From an uncultured delta proteobacterium (lineage in GTDB: Bacteria; Desulfobacterota; BSN033; UBA1163), in the NCBI GenBank assembly GCA_963708295.1, contig CAVPSJ010000004.1, positions 1,107,154 through 1,171,153 of the forward strand: a stretch of DNA of 64,000 nucleotides, read 5' to 3'. Both the position numbers and the translations under genes were made by a program. Below the pieces are notes generated by a model that ran no database searches, was not told the DNA's origin, and worked only from the letters and a program-made list of their open reading frames with translations. Positions 36,727-45,965 of the stretch are shown one piece after another (within the stretch, counting starts at the first letter, position 1; each line of letters opens with the position of its first letter).

Positions 36727-38220
36727 ATGGAATATTTGAGTACAAGAGGCTCTCCGCTCGCCATACCCTCGAAAAAGGCCATGATCAAAGGCATTGCCGA
36801 AGATAATGGGCTCTACGTCCCTTTCCATTTTCCGCAGCTGGGTGACGGAGTTTTAAAGGGTTTCGAGCAGGAGTCCTATGTTTCGAGGGCGACGAAGATC
36901 CTCCGCGCCTTTCTCACTGACTTTCATCCGGATGAACTGGCTGCTGCATGCGATAAAGCCTACCCTGACAATTTTGGTACGCCTGCGGTGGCCCCTGTTC
37001 AATTCCTTGGAGATGACGTTGGGGTCTTGGAGCTCTGGCATGGCCCGACGTTAGCCTTTAAAGACATGGCCCTTCAGCTGATGCCCTGGTTGCTCAAGAC
37101 GGCCATTCTGTCTGAAAAAGACCCGTATCACATGGTGATTCTGGTCGCTACTTCCGGGGATACCGGAAAGGCCGCCCTAGAAGGGTTTGCGGATGTCGAA
37201 GGAGTCTCTATTTTTGTCTTTTACCCCCACGAAGGGATCAGTGAGATTCAGCGCCTTCAAATGGTCACCCAGCGAGGATCGAATGTCGGAGTCTGCGGGG
37301 TACGAGGCAATTTCGATGATGCTCAGTCAGGGGTTAAACAGATCTTTTCCGAACCGGAGATCAATGCCAGACTTGAACGGTCTCATTTTCGGTTTTCGTC
37401 AGCCAATTCGATCAATTGGGGGCGACTCGCTCCGCAGATCGTCTATTACTTTTCGGCTTACGAAGATATGATCGCTGCAAAAAAGATCAAGCGCGGGCAG
37501 CCGATTCATATCTGCGTTCCCACTGGAAATTTCGGAAATATTCTCGCCGCCTACTATGCCTTTAGGTGCGGGCTGCCCGTTTCGAAGTTGATCTGTGCTT
37601 CCAATATCAACAAGGTCCTTGCGGATTTCATTCGCTCCGGGATTTATGACAGAAGAAGGGAATTCTACAAGACCGAATCTCCTTCGATGGACATCTTGAT
37701 CTCCTCGAATCTGGAGAGATTGCTTTTCGAACTGGCGGATCGAAAGGCCGGATCGATCCTGGATTGGATGAATCAATTGGCAACCCAGGGATGGTATCAA
37801 ATCTCACACGACGCGTTAGAGCAGCTTCAGTCGCTCTTTTACGGTGGCTTTGCTGACCGCTTGGATACGTCGAAATCAATCAAAGAGGCCTTTGAAAAGT
37901 ACGGGTACCTCATGGACCCCCATTCAGCAGTAGGCTACAGTGTCTTGCAAAAGTTTAGGGAGGAAACCGGAGATAAGACCCCCACCGTCCTCGCATCCAC
38001 AGCAAGCCCCTTTAAATTCAATCGTGCCGTGCTCGAGGCGATCGGGAGGAATACCTCCGATAAAGACGAGTTTTCCCTTCTTCAAGAGCTCTCCTCGATT
38101 ATCGGACATGCCGTGCCGGCAAAATTGGCTGAGCTGAAGTTTCTCCCGGAGATCCATCAAGGGGTGTGTGAAAAGGAAGGGATGGTGAAGGTTATCCTTG
38201 AATTCTTGGGTATTGATTGA
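36727..38220 (+). CDS. thrC: Threonine synthase
   Basis: YLSTRG, ELWHGPTLAFKDMALQ, ATSGDTG, NSINWGR, PTGNFGN, SPSMDI, TASPFKF. Confidence 0.96.
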   Translation: MEYLSTRGSPLAIPSKKAMIKGIAEDNGLYVPFHFPQLGDGVLKGFEQESYVSRATKILRAFLTDFHPDELAAACDKAYPDNFGTPAVAPVQFLGDDVGVLELWHGPTLAFKDMALQLMPWLLKTAILSEKDPYHMVILVATSGDTGKAALEGFADVEGVSIFVFYPHEGISEIQRLQMVTQRGSNVGVCGVRGNFDDAQSGVKQIFSEPEINARLERSHFRFSSANSINWGRLAPQIVYYFSAYEDMIAAKKIKRGQPIHICVPTGNFGNILAAYYAFRCGLPVSKLICASNINKVLADFIRSGIYDRRREFYKTESPSMDILISSNLERLLFELADRKAGSILDWMNQLATQGWYQISHDALEQLQSLFYGGFADRLDTSKSIKEAFEKYGYLMDPHSAVGYSVLQKFREETGDKTPTVLASTASPFKFNRAVLEAIGRNTSDKDEFSLLQELSSIIGHAVPAKLAELKFLPEIHQGVCEKEGMVKVILEFLGID

Positions 38221-38394
38221 GACATCGGACTTGAGAATGACTAACAATAAATCTATTCGGTAGGCAGCGATTCTGCGAATTGGGGGAGAATCAGGTGGCA
38301 TGAGGGGAGAAAGGAAGAAAAGAAGAAGGGGTGGGGTTGGAGGGGTTTGAGATGCGGTTGCTGGATCATGAAGAAAAAATGGGGTGTCCGTCCT

Positions 38395-39330
38395 TCACGG
38401 ATTTTCTTCCAGATAGGGAATCATGAATTGCTGCAGGTCATTCGCTATTTCCGCATTTCCAAAACGTTTTTTCGCGGCATCAACGAACTTTTCCATATCC
38501 TCTTCCGTGTAACGTGGGCTGATGTGGACGAGCACTGCGTGCCGCGCGCCCGCTCTGGCAGCCACTCGTGCTGCATCATCGGCCGTCATGTGTCCTTTTG
38601 CCTCGGCTTCCTCGTGATGCTCGGGTAAGAACATCCCGTCGAGGAAGGCCAAATCCACATCCTGGCACAGTCGATAAAGAATTTTGTTGGGCCGTGTATC
38701 AACGGCGTAGCAAATCTTCCGTCCTGGCCTTGGGGGCCCGAGCACAAGGCTGGGAGATAGGGTCTCTCCCCGGTCAGTGGTAACGGCTTCCCCGCGCTGT
38801 AATTTTCCCCACAGCGGACCATAGGGTATCCCCAAAGCCTTGGCTGCGTCTGGTTTGAACTTTCCCGGACGGGGATGTTCTTCAAGTCGATACCCAAGGC
38901 ATAGGGTGGTATGTTTTAAGGGCCCCCATAGGATGCGGATCAGGTCGTCTTCATAAGCTACCTCCGGACATCCTTCATTCCATTCAACAAAAAACAGGGG
39001 GTAATTAAGAAAAAAAGCGAGAGATTCGTGAACCTGCCGGATGAAACGTTCGATCCCGGGCGGCCCGAGGATCGTGAGTGGACCCACTTCCGGCACCTGA
39101 GCACGCATCATCAGAAGTCCCGGCAGCCCGAGGCAGTGATCTCCATGAAGGTGACTGACGGCCACAACCCGGAGAGACTTGATCCCGAGCTTTGCCTTCT
39201 TCAAATTGATCTGGCACCCTTCGCCGGCATCGAAGAGGTAAAGCTGCCCTTGAAGCCTTACCACTACGGAGGTAAGGAACCGTCCGGGCATGGGCATCAT
39301 GCCCCCTGATCCAAGAAGCACACACTCCAT
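38395..39330 (-). CDS. rnz: Ribonuclease Z
   Basis: LGSGGMMP, FDAGEG, SHLHGDHCLG, exosite GIPYGPLWGKLQRG, DTRP, HISPRY. Confidence 0.95.
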   Translation of the reverse strand: MECVLLGSGGMMPMPGRFLTSVVVRLQGQLYLFDAGEGCQINLKKAKLGIKSLRVVAVSHLHGDHCLGLPGLLMMRAQVPEVGPLTILGPPGIERFIRQVHESLAFFLNYPLFFVEWNEGCPEVAYEDDLIRILWGPLKHTTLCLGYRLEEHPRPGKFKPDAAKALGIPYGPLWGKLQRGEAVTTDRGETLSPSLVLGPPRPGRKICYAVDTRPNKILYRLCQDVDLAFLDGMFLPEHHEEAEAKGHMTADDAARVAARAGARHAVLVHISPRYTEEDMEKFVDAAKKRFGNAEIANDLQQFMIPYLEENP

Positions 39331-39406
39331 GTTTGTGTCTATTTCGTCACTGGCAAAGAGTGACCAAAATCAAAGCTTCAAATTTAATGAGGTTCACAAA
39401 ATCCAC

Positions 39407-39625
39407 CTATTGGGAGAATTTGTCAATCTCCTCATCCGAAAAGCCCACGGCCTTCAGCCTCTCTCTCTGCAGTTGTTTTTCTTCTTCTTTGGCTCTTCGT
39501 GCTCGCCCGCTCTCTGCGATTGTTTCGACGAAGCGGCCCGGTTTCTGTCTATATAAAGCTAAAAGAGTTATCCCGATCCCGAAAGTAACCCCGAGCAAAA
39601 ATGTCTCCAGAACGGTTGACTTCAT
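39407..39625 (-). CDS. Small membrane-anchored hypothetical protein
   Basis: One TM helix and a charged tail; RBS GGAGG. Confidence 0.5.
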   Translation of the reverse strand: MKSTVLETFLLGVTFGIGITLLALYRQKPGRFVETIAESGRARRAKEEEKQLQRERLKAVGFSDEEIDKFSQ

Positions 39626-39999
39626 TTCTGCCCCTCCTTCCACCCGAATAATTCTTCACCTTTCAAACGTCGGCCAATCTCCATAGGGATGATCTCCTCT
39701 TTATCGTTAAAAGTGAAAGGCAACTATCCACTTGCTTGGTACATCTTTGTGCCAGCTGGTATAACTTCTTGCTACCACAATTCCCGCCTACAAACAAGAG
39801 TCTTTGCCAGGATGCACCAGGCAGGGGCAATGGGGAAGATGGTATCAGCCATTTGTTCTGGCGCGACGACATAGAGAGTACCTGCGCTCAAGGGGGTTCT
39901 GATTGCTGGGAACTCCAACAAATATTATTTAGAAGAATTTTATCCAGGGCATTGCTAAAACTCCTTTCTTGTGTTATAAAATAAAAAAAGTGACAGAGG

Positions 40000-40158
40000 T
40001 TTTTCGAAACCCGCTGTCTTATCAGAAGAGCCAAAAAGGGTAAAACCTTCGAGGCAGAGATGATAAGAGGCCAAGGAGCAAAGGCTTTTTGGAGAAAGCG
40101 GGGTTCGAAAAAAAAGGAAGCCCGCAGAGAGTGAGTTTCCCTCTTTGGCGGGTTTTTT
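40000..40158 (+). promoter_or_regulatory. Structured 5' leader with terminator/antiterminator upstream of csp
   Basis: Three-way junction 40000-40112, then hairpin 40121-40152 and T6; TTGCTA-17-TATAAA promoter near 39952-39980. Confidence 0.6.
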
Positions 40159-40188
40159 ATTTTAACTCAAGTTCAAAGGGAGGTTATC

Positions 40189-40389
40189 ATGTCAAAAGGA
40201 CGAGTAAAGTGGTTCAACGATCAGAAAGGTTTTGGATTTATTGAAGTGGAAGGAAGTAAAGATGTGTTTGTTCACCACTCGGCAATCACGGGGGAGGGGT
40301 TCAAATCCCTGAAGGAGGGAGACGAGGTTGAATTCGAAACCGCCCAAGGCCCCAAAGGCCCGAATGCCACTGACGTCAGAGTAGTTTGA
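40189..40389 (+). CDS. Cold-shock protein (CspA family)
   Basis: [32 protein letters not shown]. Confidence 0.96.
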   Translation: MSKGRVKWFNDQKGFGFIEVEGSKDVFVHHSAITGEGFKSLKEGDEVEFETAQGPKGPNATDVRVV

Positions 40390-40420
40390 CTCAGTAGAGT
40401 GGATATTATCTGAGCGCTCA

Positions 40421-40457
40421 CAGAGAAGCCGGCATAAAAGCTGGCTTCTCTTTCTTT
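40421..40457 (+). terminator. Intrinsic terminator of csp
   Basis: AGAGAAGCCGGC-ATAAAA-GCTGGCTTCTCT then TT. Confidence 0.75.
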
Positions 40458-40632
40458 ACGAACGAAAAAATTGGCGGGACGTAAATCCTGGCATTTTAAC
40501 TTGTTGCTTTACAATCCTCCCTTCTTATCCCTATTTCCTTTTAAGTACCGCCGAACTTTCGCTGCCATTTGAGGATGTATCGACAAGGATGGTTTCAGGT
40601 AAATACGGAGAGAGTGGGTCCATTGGCACGAG

Positions 40633-41047
40633 TTACGAAAAGGTCCTTTTACTGCCTGAACCATCTGCATTAAACCCTTTTTCCGAAAGGATGGCTCTGA
40701 CCAGTATGGAGATCTCACTACTTCCAGTCGAGTCCTTCGAAAGAGAAATAATTGGCCCTGTTTCGGGTTGCCGCCTCTTGATATTCTGGCGAATCATGAC
40801 TTGTTAAGATGATGATAATGATGTCCGGGTGACCCGTTTTTATCTTTCTGGTTAATTCAAGGCCGTTTTCCCCGGGTAATCTGATGTCCATAAAGATTAG
40901 ATTTGGAGGATGAGAATCAATTTTCTGCAATGCCTCTATCCCATCCTTCGCTTCAATAATGTCCATCGAAGGAAATTGGTTCTGTAAGTTATCTTTAACC
41001 AATTGCCTAAATGAGAGGTTGTCTTCAACGAGCATTGTCGTAAACAT
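40633..41047 (-). CDS. Single-domain response regulator (frameshift near 40740)
   Basis: LVEDN, FMDIRLPGENG, ILTS; shifted frame gives SKDS.. to TAA 40633. Confidence 0.85.
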
Positions 41048-41117
41048 AATATTTCAGTTTCCTGCCGGTCAATTGCTATTCCATTCTGTGTCGTCCCCCA
41101 ACCCTCAGAGGATTCCC

Positions 41118-41295
41118 TCACCTTTTCCTGTTTCTCGTGTTTGGCACTCTGCCCCATTCTGATCAATTCTCGGTTCTCCAAAATCACCTGGTCAACAATC
41201 TCCCCGCAGATAACACATTTCCATCCCCAAAAGTATTCATAAGGGCCGTAAAATTTGTCATAAGTCATGACACTATTGCAGCGAAGGCACTTCAT
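41118..41295 (-). CDS. Small CxxC..CxxC zinc-binding hypothetical protein
   Basis: MKCLRC...WKCVICGEIVDQVILENR; end approximate (probable indel). Confidence 0.65.
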
Positions 41296-41552
41296 AAGAG
41301 TATCCTCCTCCCTACGTATTCGACAAGTATATGAGGAGTGATTTAGGAATTAAATAAGGCGAAGACTGTATTTTAGGGTGAAAAAGGCTGTATTTTTGAG
41401 AGAAGTCACAGAATGGAATAAGTCTGTAAAAAGGGCATAGACTACAATTCTTTGAGGCCAAAAATTACTCAGCGGAGTGCAACCAGGAAATACGTAAACC
41501 TACCCCCGTAAGCGGAATGCCCGGCACAATTTCTTTCTGGACAGCCTTAACC

Positions 41553-41765
41553 TCAATAATCCGTGGTCAAAATCACGTCGGTCGCATTGATGACTGCATA
41601 AACTTCCTTGCCTTCTTTAAGGCCGAGGTTCTCGACAGCAGCCTTCGTGACGACGGAAACAATCTCGTATCCATGTGGTAACCCGACAATCACTTCCGAG
41701 CTGACTACTCCGTGATTGACCTTCTTCACATTTCCTTTTAAGACATTTCGTGAACTTAATTTCAT
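41553..41765 (-). CDS. mop: Molbindin / TOBE-domain (Mop) protein
   Basis: MKLSSRNVLKGNV..IVSVVT..LGLKEGKEVYAVI.ATDV. Confidence 0.88.
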   Translation of the reverse strand: MKLSSRNVLKGNVKKVNHGVVSSEVIVGLPHGYEIVSVVTKAAVENLGLKEGKEVYAVINATDVILTTDY

Positions 41766-42105
41766 TTTCTTTCACCTCCCGGTCAGTGACAGGTTCTTCC
41801 TGGAGCTTGTTTGTTCCGATGGGAACCGCGCCGCAGGCTCTCATAAAAATGATCCCAAGAATAGCACCCGAAGTAAACCCCGTTAGAAACTCTCGAAACC
41901 GAGCGGTCCATTATTTCTAACGGGTAAATAAGGTAGCCCCGCATTTAAGAGTGAAAGATACTGTATTTTGAACCCAATGAACTTGAGTAAGTTGCAATAG
42001 CCTTTGATCCCAAATAAGAAAGGCCACAGAAGCTTCGGAAGCACTTTTGTGGCCTTCTTCGATGCCAAACGATACCTTCTTACAACCTACGCACCTGCAG
42101 ACGGA

Positions 42106-42636
42106 CTATTCAACCTTCTCAGACAAAATCAAGGTCTCTCGTTTAAGAGGAGAGGGGACGTAGACCAGGTTGATTTCTATCTTTCCCAGGGCTTTTCCCG
42201 TGACAGCCATCTTTGGGATCGTGACGTCTAAATTCCCTTCGGTCATGCCTTCAGGCTGAAGAGCCTTCCAAAACGGATAAACCTTATCAATTTTCTCATC
42301 AGGTTTAAAAGGGATTGGCTTCCCAGCTTCATCCAGGTACTCGAAGGTGACCACCTGGATATCTAGGATATCTTTCGATTTATTGGTGATCTTGATGTTA
42401 GCCCTTAGGATCGGCGTCTCCACGATCTCTTTAGAAGCTGTGTCTACAACCGTGAGGACTTTAAGGTCGCTAAGTTCCACAAAAAAATTCTGGCCTTTAA
42501 GCTCGGACTTCTGGGGAGCCAAGTTCTTTGTGATTTGCTCCTGTTTGGGAGCCTCCGCCTTTTTCTCCGCAGCACAACCAAACAATCCAATGGCCAGAAT
42601 TAAACCTATTAACATGAAGATCTTTGTGAAATGCAT
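42106..42636 (-). CDS. Hypothetical lipoprotein
   Basis: Lipobox LFGC; RBS AAGGAG; hairpin at 42017-42060. Confidence 0.75.
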   Translation of the reverse strand: MHFTKIFMLIGLILAIGLFGCAAEKKAEAPKQEQITKNLAPQKSELKGQNFFVELSDLKVLTVVDTASKEIVETPILRANIKITNKSKDILDIQVVTFEYLDEAGKPIPFKPDEKIDKVYPFWKALQPEGMTEGNLDVTIPKMAVTGKALGKIEINLVYVPSPLKRETLILSEKVE

Positions 42637-42711
42637 ACACTGTCTCCTTTCTTAGTTACATACCCGATACGTTGGGTGTTGTGGGAGGGGGGAAGGTGAG
42701 TGAACCCTCTC

Positions 42712-42861
42712 CTATCCCGACCTTCGCCCCTGAATAAGTCGGACCACTAACACGATGACGGCGATGACCAGCAGCATATGAATGATCTCCGCCCCGTGTC
42801 ACCACCGATAAATCCCAACAGCCACAAAATTAAGAGAATCACACAATATGGTCCAAAGCAT
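42712..42861 (-). CDS. lmo0937-family small membrane protein (two compensating indels)
   Basis: MLWTI-VILLILWLLGFIGG..IIHMLLVIAVIVLVVRLIQGRR. Confidence 0.75.
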
Positions 42862-42948
42862 GTTCGACTCCTTTCTGACGACAGAATTCGTCCATCCATT
42901 TGAATCTACTTTGGAGACCCTTAATAGACAAGGGTCATGCAAATAGTA

Positions 42949-42966
42949 TTGCAAATGGCCTGCCAA
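42949..42966 (-). promoter_or_regulatory. Sigma54 promoter
   Basis: TTGGCAGGCCATTTGCAA on the minus strand, close to TGGCAC-N5-TTGC. Confidence 0.75.
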
Positions 42967-43104
42967 CAAGCCGGAAAAAATAAGAGGTTTGGAATTATCC
43001 TTTAATAACATGGGATTAGATCAACAGGAGAGAAGAGGAGAGAAGCATGAAATGATTCGTTTGGCCTCAATATGTGGTGGAACCTCAATATATTGAGGGA
43101 TACT

Positions 43105-43337
43105 TTCATCGGGGTAAGCACGATAAGAGGTTCACGGATCGTTTCCACGATACTCTCAGCGTATTTTTGAGCTTTCTCAGAGGTTTCCTCACCTCGCTTA
43201 CACTCGGCGATTTGAGCCTGCAATATTTCGTTAGCCTCCTGTAAGCGCCGCTCCGTGGCATCCAGCCTCGTCCGAAGCGCTTCCATCTCAAGGAAAAGTT
43301 GCTGCTCTGTTTTGGATATTGTTTCTATAATTATCAC
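43105..43337 (-). pseudogene. Truncated coiled-coil/PAS sensor fragment
   Basis: Coiled coil, then YAESIVETIREPLIVL (start of a PAS domain), then loss of similarity. Confidence 0.55.
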
Positions 43338-43705
43338 TCCTCGTCGGATCGCTCTCAGATCCTTAATCTTCGTTCTTCACTCTCAATGACAGTATACGAA
43401 ATTTTAAAGAAATTGCACCTCGAAAAAACGCCCTATTTTCTCATTGACTTACCCATCCGCAATCTAATAAAATTTTATTAGAAGTAAGGAATGCACCGGA
43501 CTTTCGAACTCATCGATTTTCTTCTGGCAATGGGGAAGTCCATGCGCCGTTTGAAGAAATATCTCGTTGGTCCGGGAGAAACTAAAAGACAGTCGTGTCA
43601 ATTTCAAAGTAGGATAATTTCCGAGACAGAATACTGTCATTTTCTGTTGCCTTTCGATCGGGCGAATTAGAACGGCTGAAATCATTAAGATCGAGGAGAA
43701 CCAAC

Positions 43706-44624
43706 ATGCGCGTGACTCGTGTTTTATGTCTTTTCTTGGTCATCTCATTTTTTCTATTCTCCCAGTGGTGTGAAATTCCATACGCTGATGACTCGTTGCA
43801 TACAGGACATGAATCTCTTATCGATAAATACCATAAGATTGAAAAAGAACTGGAAAAAAGTTCTTTGACTATTCCTTTCTACTTAGAATCCTCCGTGAGT
43901 AAAAATGCCTCCCATGTCGATATCTACGGCACTATTAAATATCCTTTCGATATTGTAGAAAATGAGCTTCAGTTGCCCACTAACTGGTGCGATATCGTTT
44001 TGCCTCATAGTAATGTAAGAGCATGTACTTATAAGAAGGTGAATGATACATGGCTGCTCAACTCTTTATAATGTCAAGAAATTCCAGGACCCTCTTAAGG
44101 ACGCCTATCAAATGAATTTCGAATACCGCGTCATTGCGCAACAGCCCGGATTTTTTGCTATTTCACTTGCCGCACGTGAGGGGCCCTTTAGGACAAAGGA
44201 TCACCAGTTCGGACTTGAGGCGATACCATTAGACCAAGACAGGACATTTATTCATTTAAGGTATTCTTATCGTTACAGCTCCTTGGGATATTTCCTTATG
44301 AAAAGCTACTTCGCATTATTCGGTGGCGGTAGGATCGGTTTCAGTGTAATCGGTACGGATAGCGACGGTAATCCTGTTTATGTGGGTGGTCTAAGGGGCG
44401 CAGTCGAAAGTAATGTGCTGCGCTATTATCTTACGATTCTTGCATACATGGATACACTTAAGATTCCTGTTGAGCAACGATTTGAGAAACGAATGAGTCA
44501 ATGGTATGATTTGACAGCTCGATACAAAAGACAGCTTTTCGAAATGGAAAAGGAAGAATATCTCACCTACAAGAGACAGGACCAAGAAAGTCAGCTAATC
44601 CTTCAAGGGGCTTTGAACAGATAG
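43706..44624 (+). CDS. Exported hypothetical protein (frameshift near 44060)
   Basis: Signal-like N-terminus; ORFs 43706-44071 and 44043-44624 join with one indel. Confidence 0.65.
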
Positions 44625-44800
44625 CGGTAATTGTCGATACAAATCCCTTTAAAGATTACTGATGCATATTATTGTGTTTTATTTCAACATTTTTGATAGA
44701 TGACCAAGCCCGGACCGTTTGAGATCTGAAAAACAGGTCCGTGCGAGTTTAGGGCGAGAAATGAAAATGTTTCGGTGATAACCTCTCGAAGGGAACAATC

Positions 44801-45922
44801 ATGGCCGGCATAGAGATCATTACTGTGGAAGGAGGATCGGAATTAAAGGACTTCATTGACCTGCCATGGAGGATCTATGCTGAGTACCCCAACTGGGTTC
44901 CCCCCCTTAAGAAGGAGGTTCGCCGGATGCTGGACCCCCGCAGACACCCTTTCTGGGAGTTTTCCGAGCGCATCCTCTTTCTGGCCCGACGCGGTTCGGA
45001 GACGGTGGGAAGGATCGCGGGCATCATAGATCGTCATTATAACCAGTTCCACGGCGAAAAGATGGGCATTTGGGGATTTTTCGAATGCGCTGACGATCCG
45101 GAGGCCGCGGCGGCCCTCTTCTCTTCCGTGGAGACGTGGGTTCACCAGAAGGGGATGACCTTCATGAGAGGCCCGCTCAACCCGTCCACCAATTACGAGG
45201 TGGGGTTGCTCATTGAGGGATTCGATTATCCGCCTGCCTTGATGATGGCTTACAACCCGCCGTACTACCCAGGGTTGGTCGAATCGTGCGGTTTCACCAA
45301 AGAGAAGGACCTGCTGGCCTTCCTGATAGATGGCGATTACCGGCTTCCCGAGTGGATGGATCGTCTTGCTGAACGGATCACCCAAAAAAGAGGTATCCAC
45401 ATCAGGCTCTCTCGTCCAAAGGATGCGGACTCTGAGTTTGCTCTGATCAAGGAGATATACAATGCATCCTGGTCCGGTAACTGGGGTTTCGTCCCCCTGA
45501 GCGATAATGAGATGCGGGACATTCAAAAGAACGTGATGAAATTCGTGGATCCGGACTTGGTTTTCTTCATCTATTATGAGAATGAACCCGCAGCGTTCTG
45601 CGTGATCTTTCCTGACATCAACCCTTTGCTCAAGCGTCTCAACGGGCGGATCGGTCTGATGGGTTTGCTGAAGTTCCTCATGTATCGGCGGGAGATCAAC
45701 GGATTGCGGTTGTTGATGTTCGGGATCAAGGAGAAGTACCGACAACTGGGACTCCCCATGTTAGCCTTCCACCACATCTATGAGGTTGTGAGGAAAAAAG
45801 AGAAATATCATTATCTGGAGCTGGGCTGGACCCTGGAGGACAACGAGTCGATCAACTCATTGATAGAGGAAGCCGGCGCAAAAAAATACAAGAAATATCG
45901 CATATTCAGAAAGTCTTTATAA
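44801..45922 (+). CDS. YghO-like GNAT N-acyltransferase (bacterial ceramide synthase bCerS-like)
   Basis: FIDLPWRIY..WVPPL..HPF..GRIAG..GFFE..RGPLNPSTN..YNPPYY..NWGFVP..PDIN..WTLEDN..YRIF. Confidence 0.8.
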   Translation: MAGIEIITVEGGSELKDFIDLPWRIYAEYPNWVPPLKKEVRRMLDPRRHPFWEFSERILFLARRGSETVGRIAGIIDRHYNQFHGEKMGIWGFFECADDPEAAAALFSSVETWVHQKGMTFMRGPLNPSTNYEVGLLIEGFDYPPALMMAYNPPYYPGLVESCGFTKEKDLLAFLIDGDYRLPEWMDRLAERITQKRGIHIRLSRPKDADSEFALIKEIYNASWSGNWGFVPLSDNEMRDIQKNVMKFVDPDLVFFIYYENEPAAFCVIFPDINPLLKRLNGRIGLMGLLKFLMYRREINGLRLLMFGIKEKYRQLGLPMLAFHHIYEVVRKKEKYHYLELGWTLEDNESINSLIEEAGAKKYKKYRIFRKSL

Positions 45923-45965
45923 TTTTAAAAGATTGAACGTATCGCGTTGAAGCAGAGGTCTGGAC

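Noticed and set aside
40017-40068. SAM-I riboswitch suggested by the CTTATC...GATAAG helix
   Set aside because: It lacks the GCAACC, GGTGC and kink-turn/pseudoknot core, is too short, and precedes csp.
41365-41445. Direct repeat CTGTATTTT x2 upstream of the zinc-finger/response regulator genes
   Set aside because: Short and AT-rich. It may be a regulator site but cannot be supported from sequence alone.
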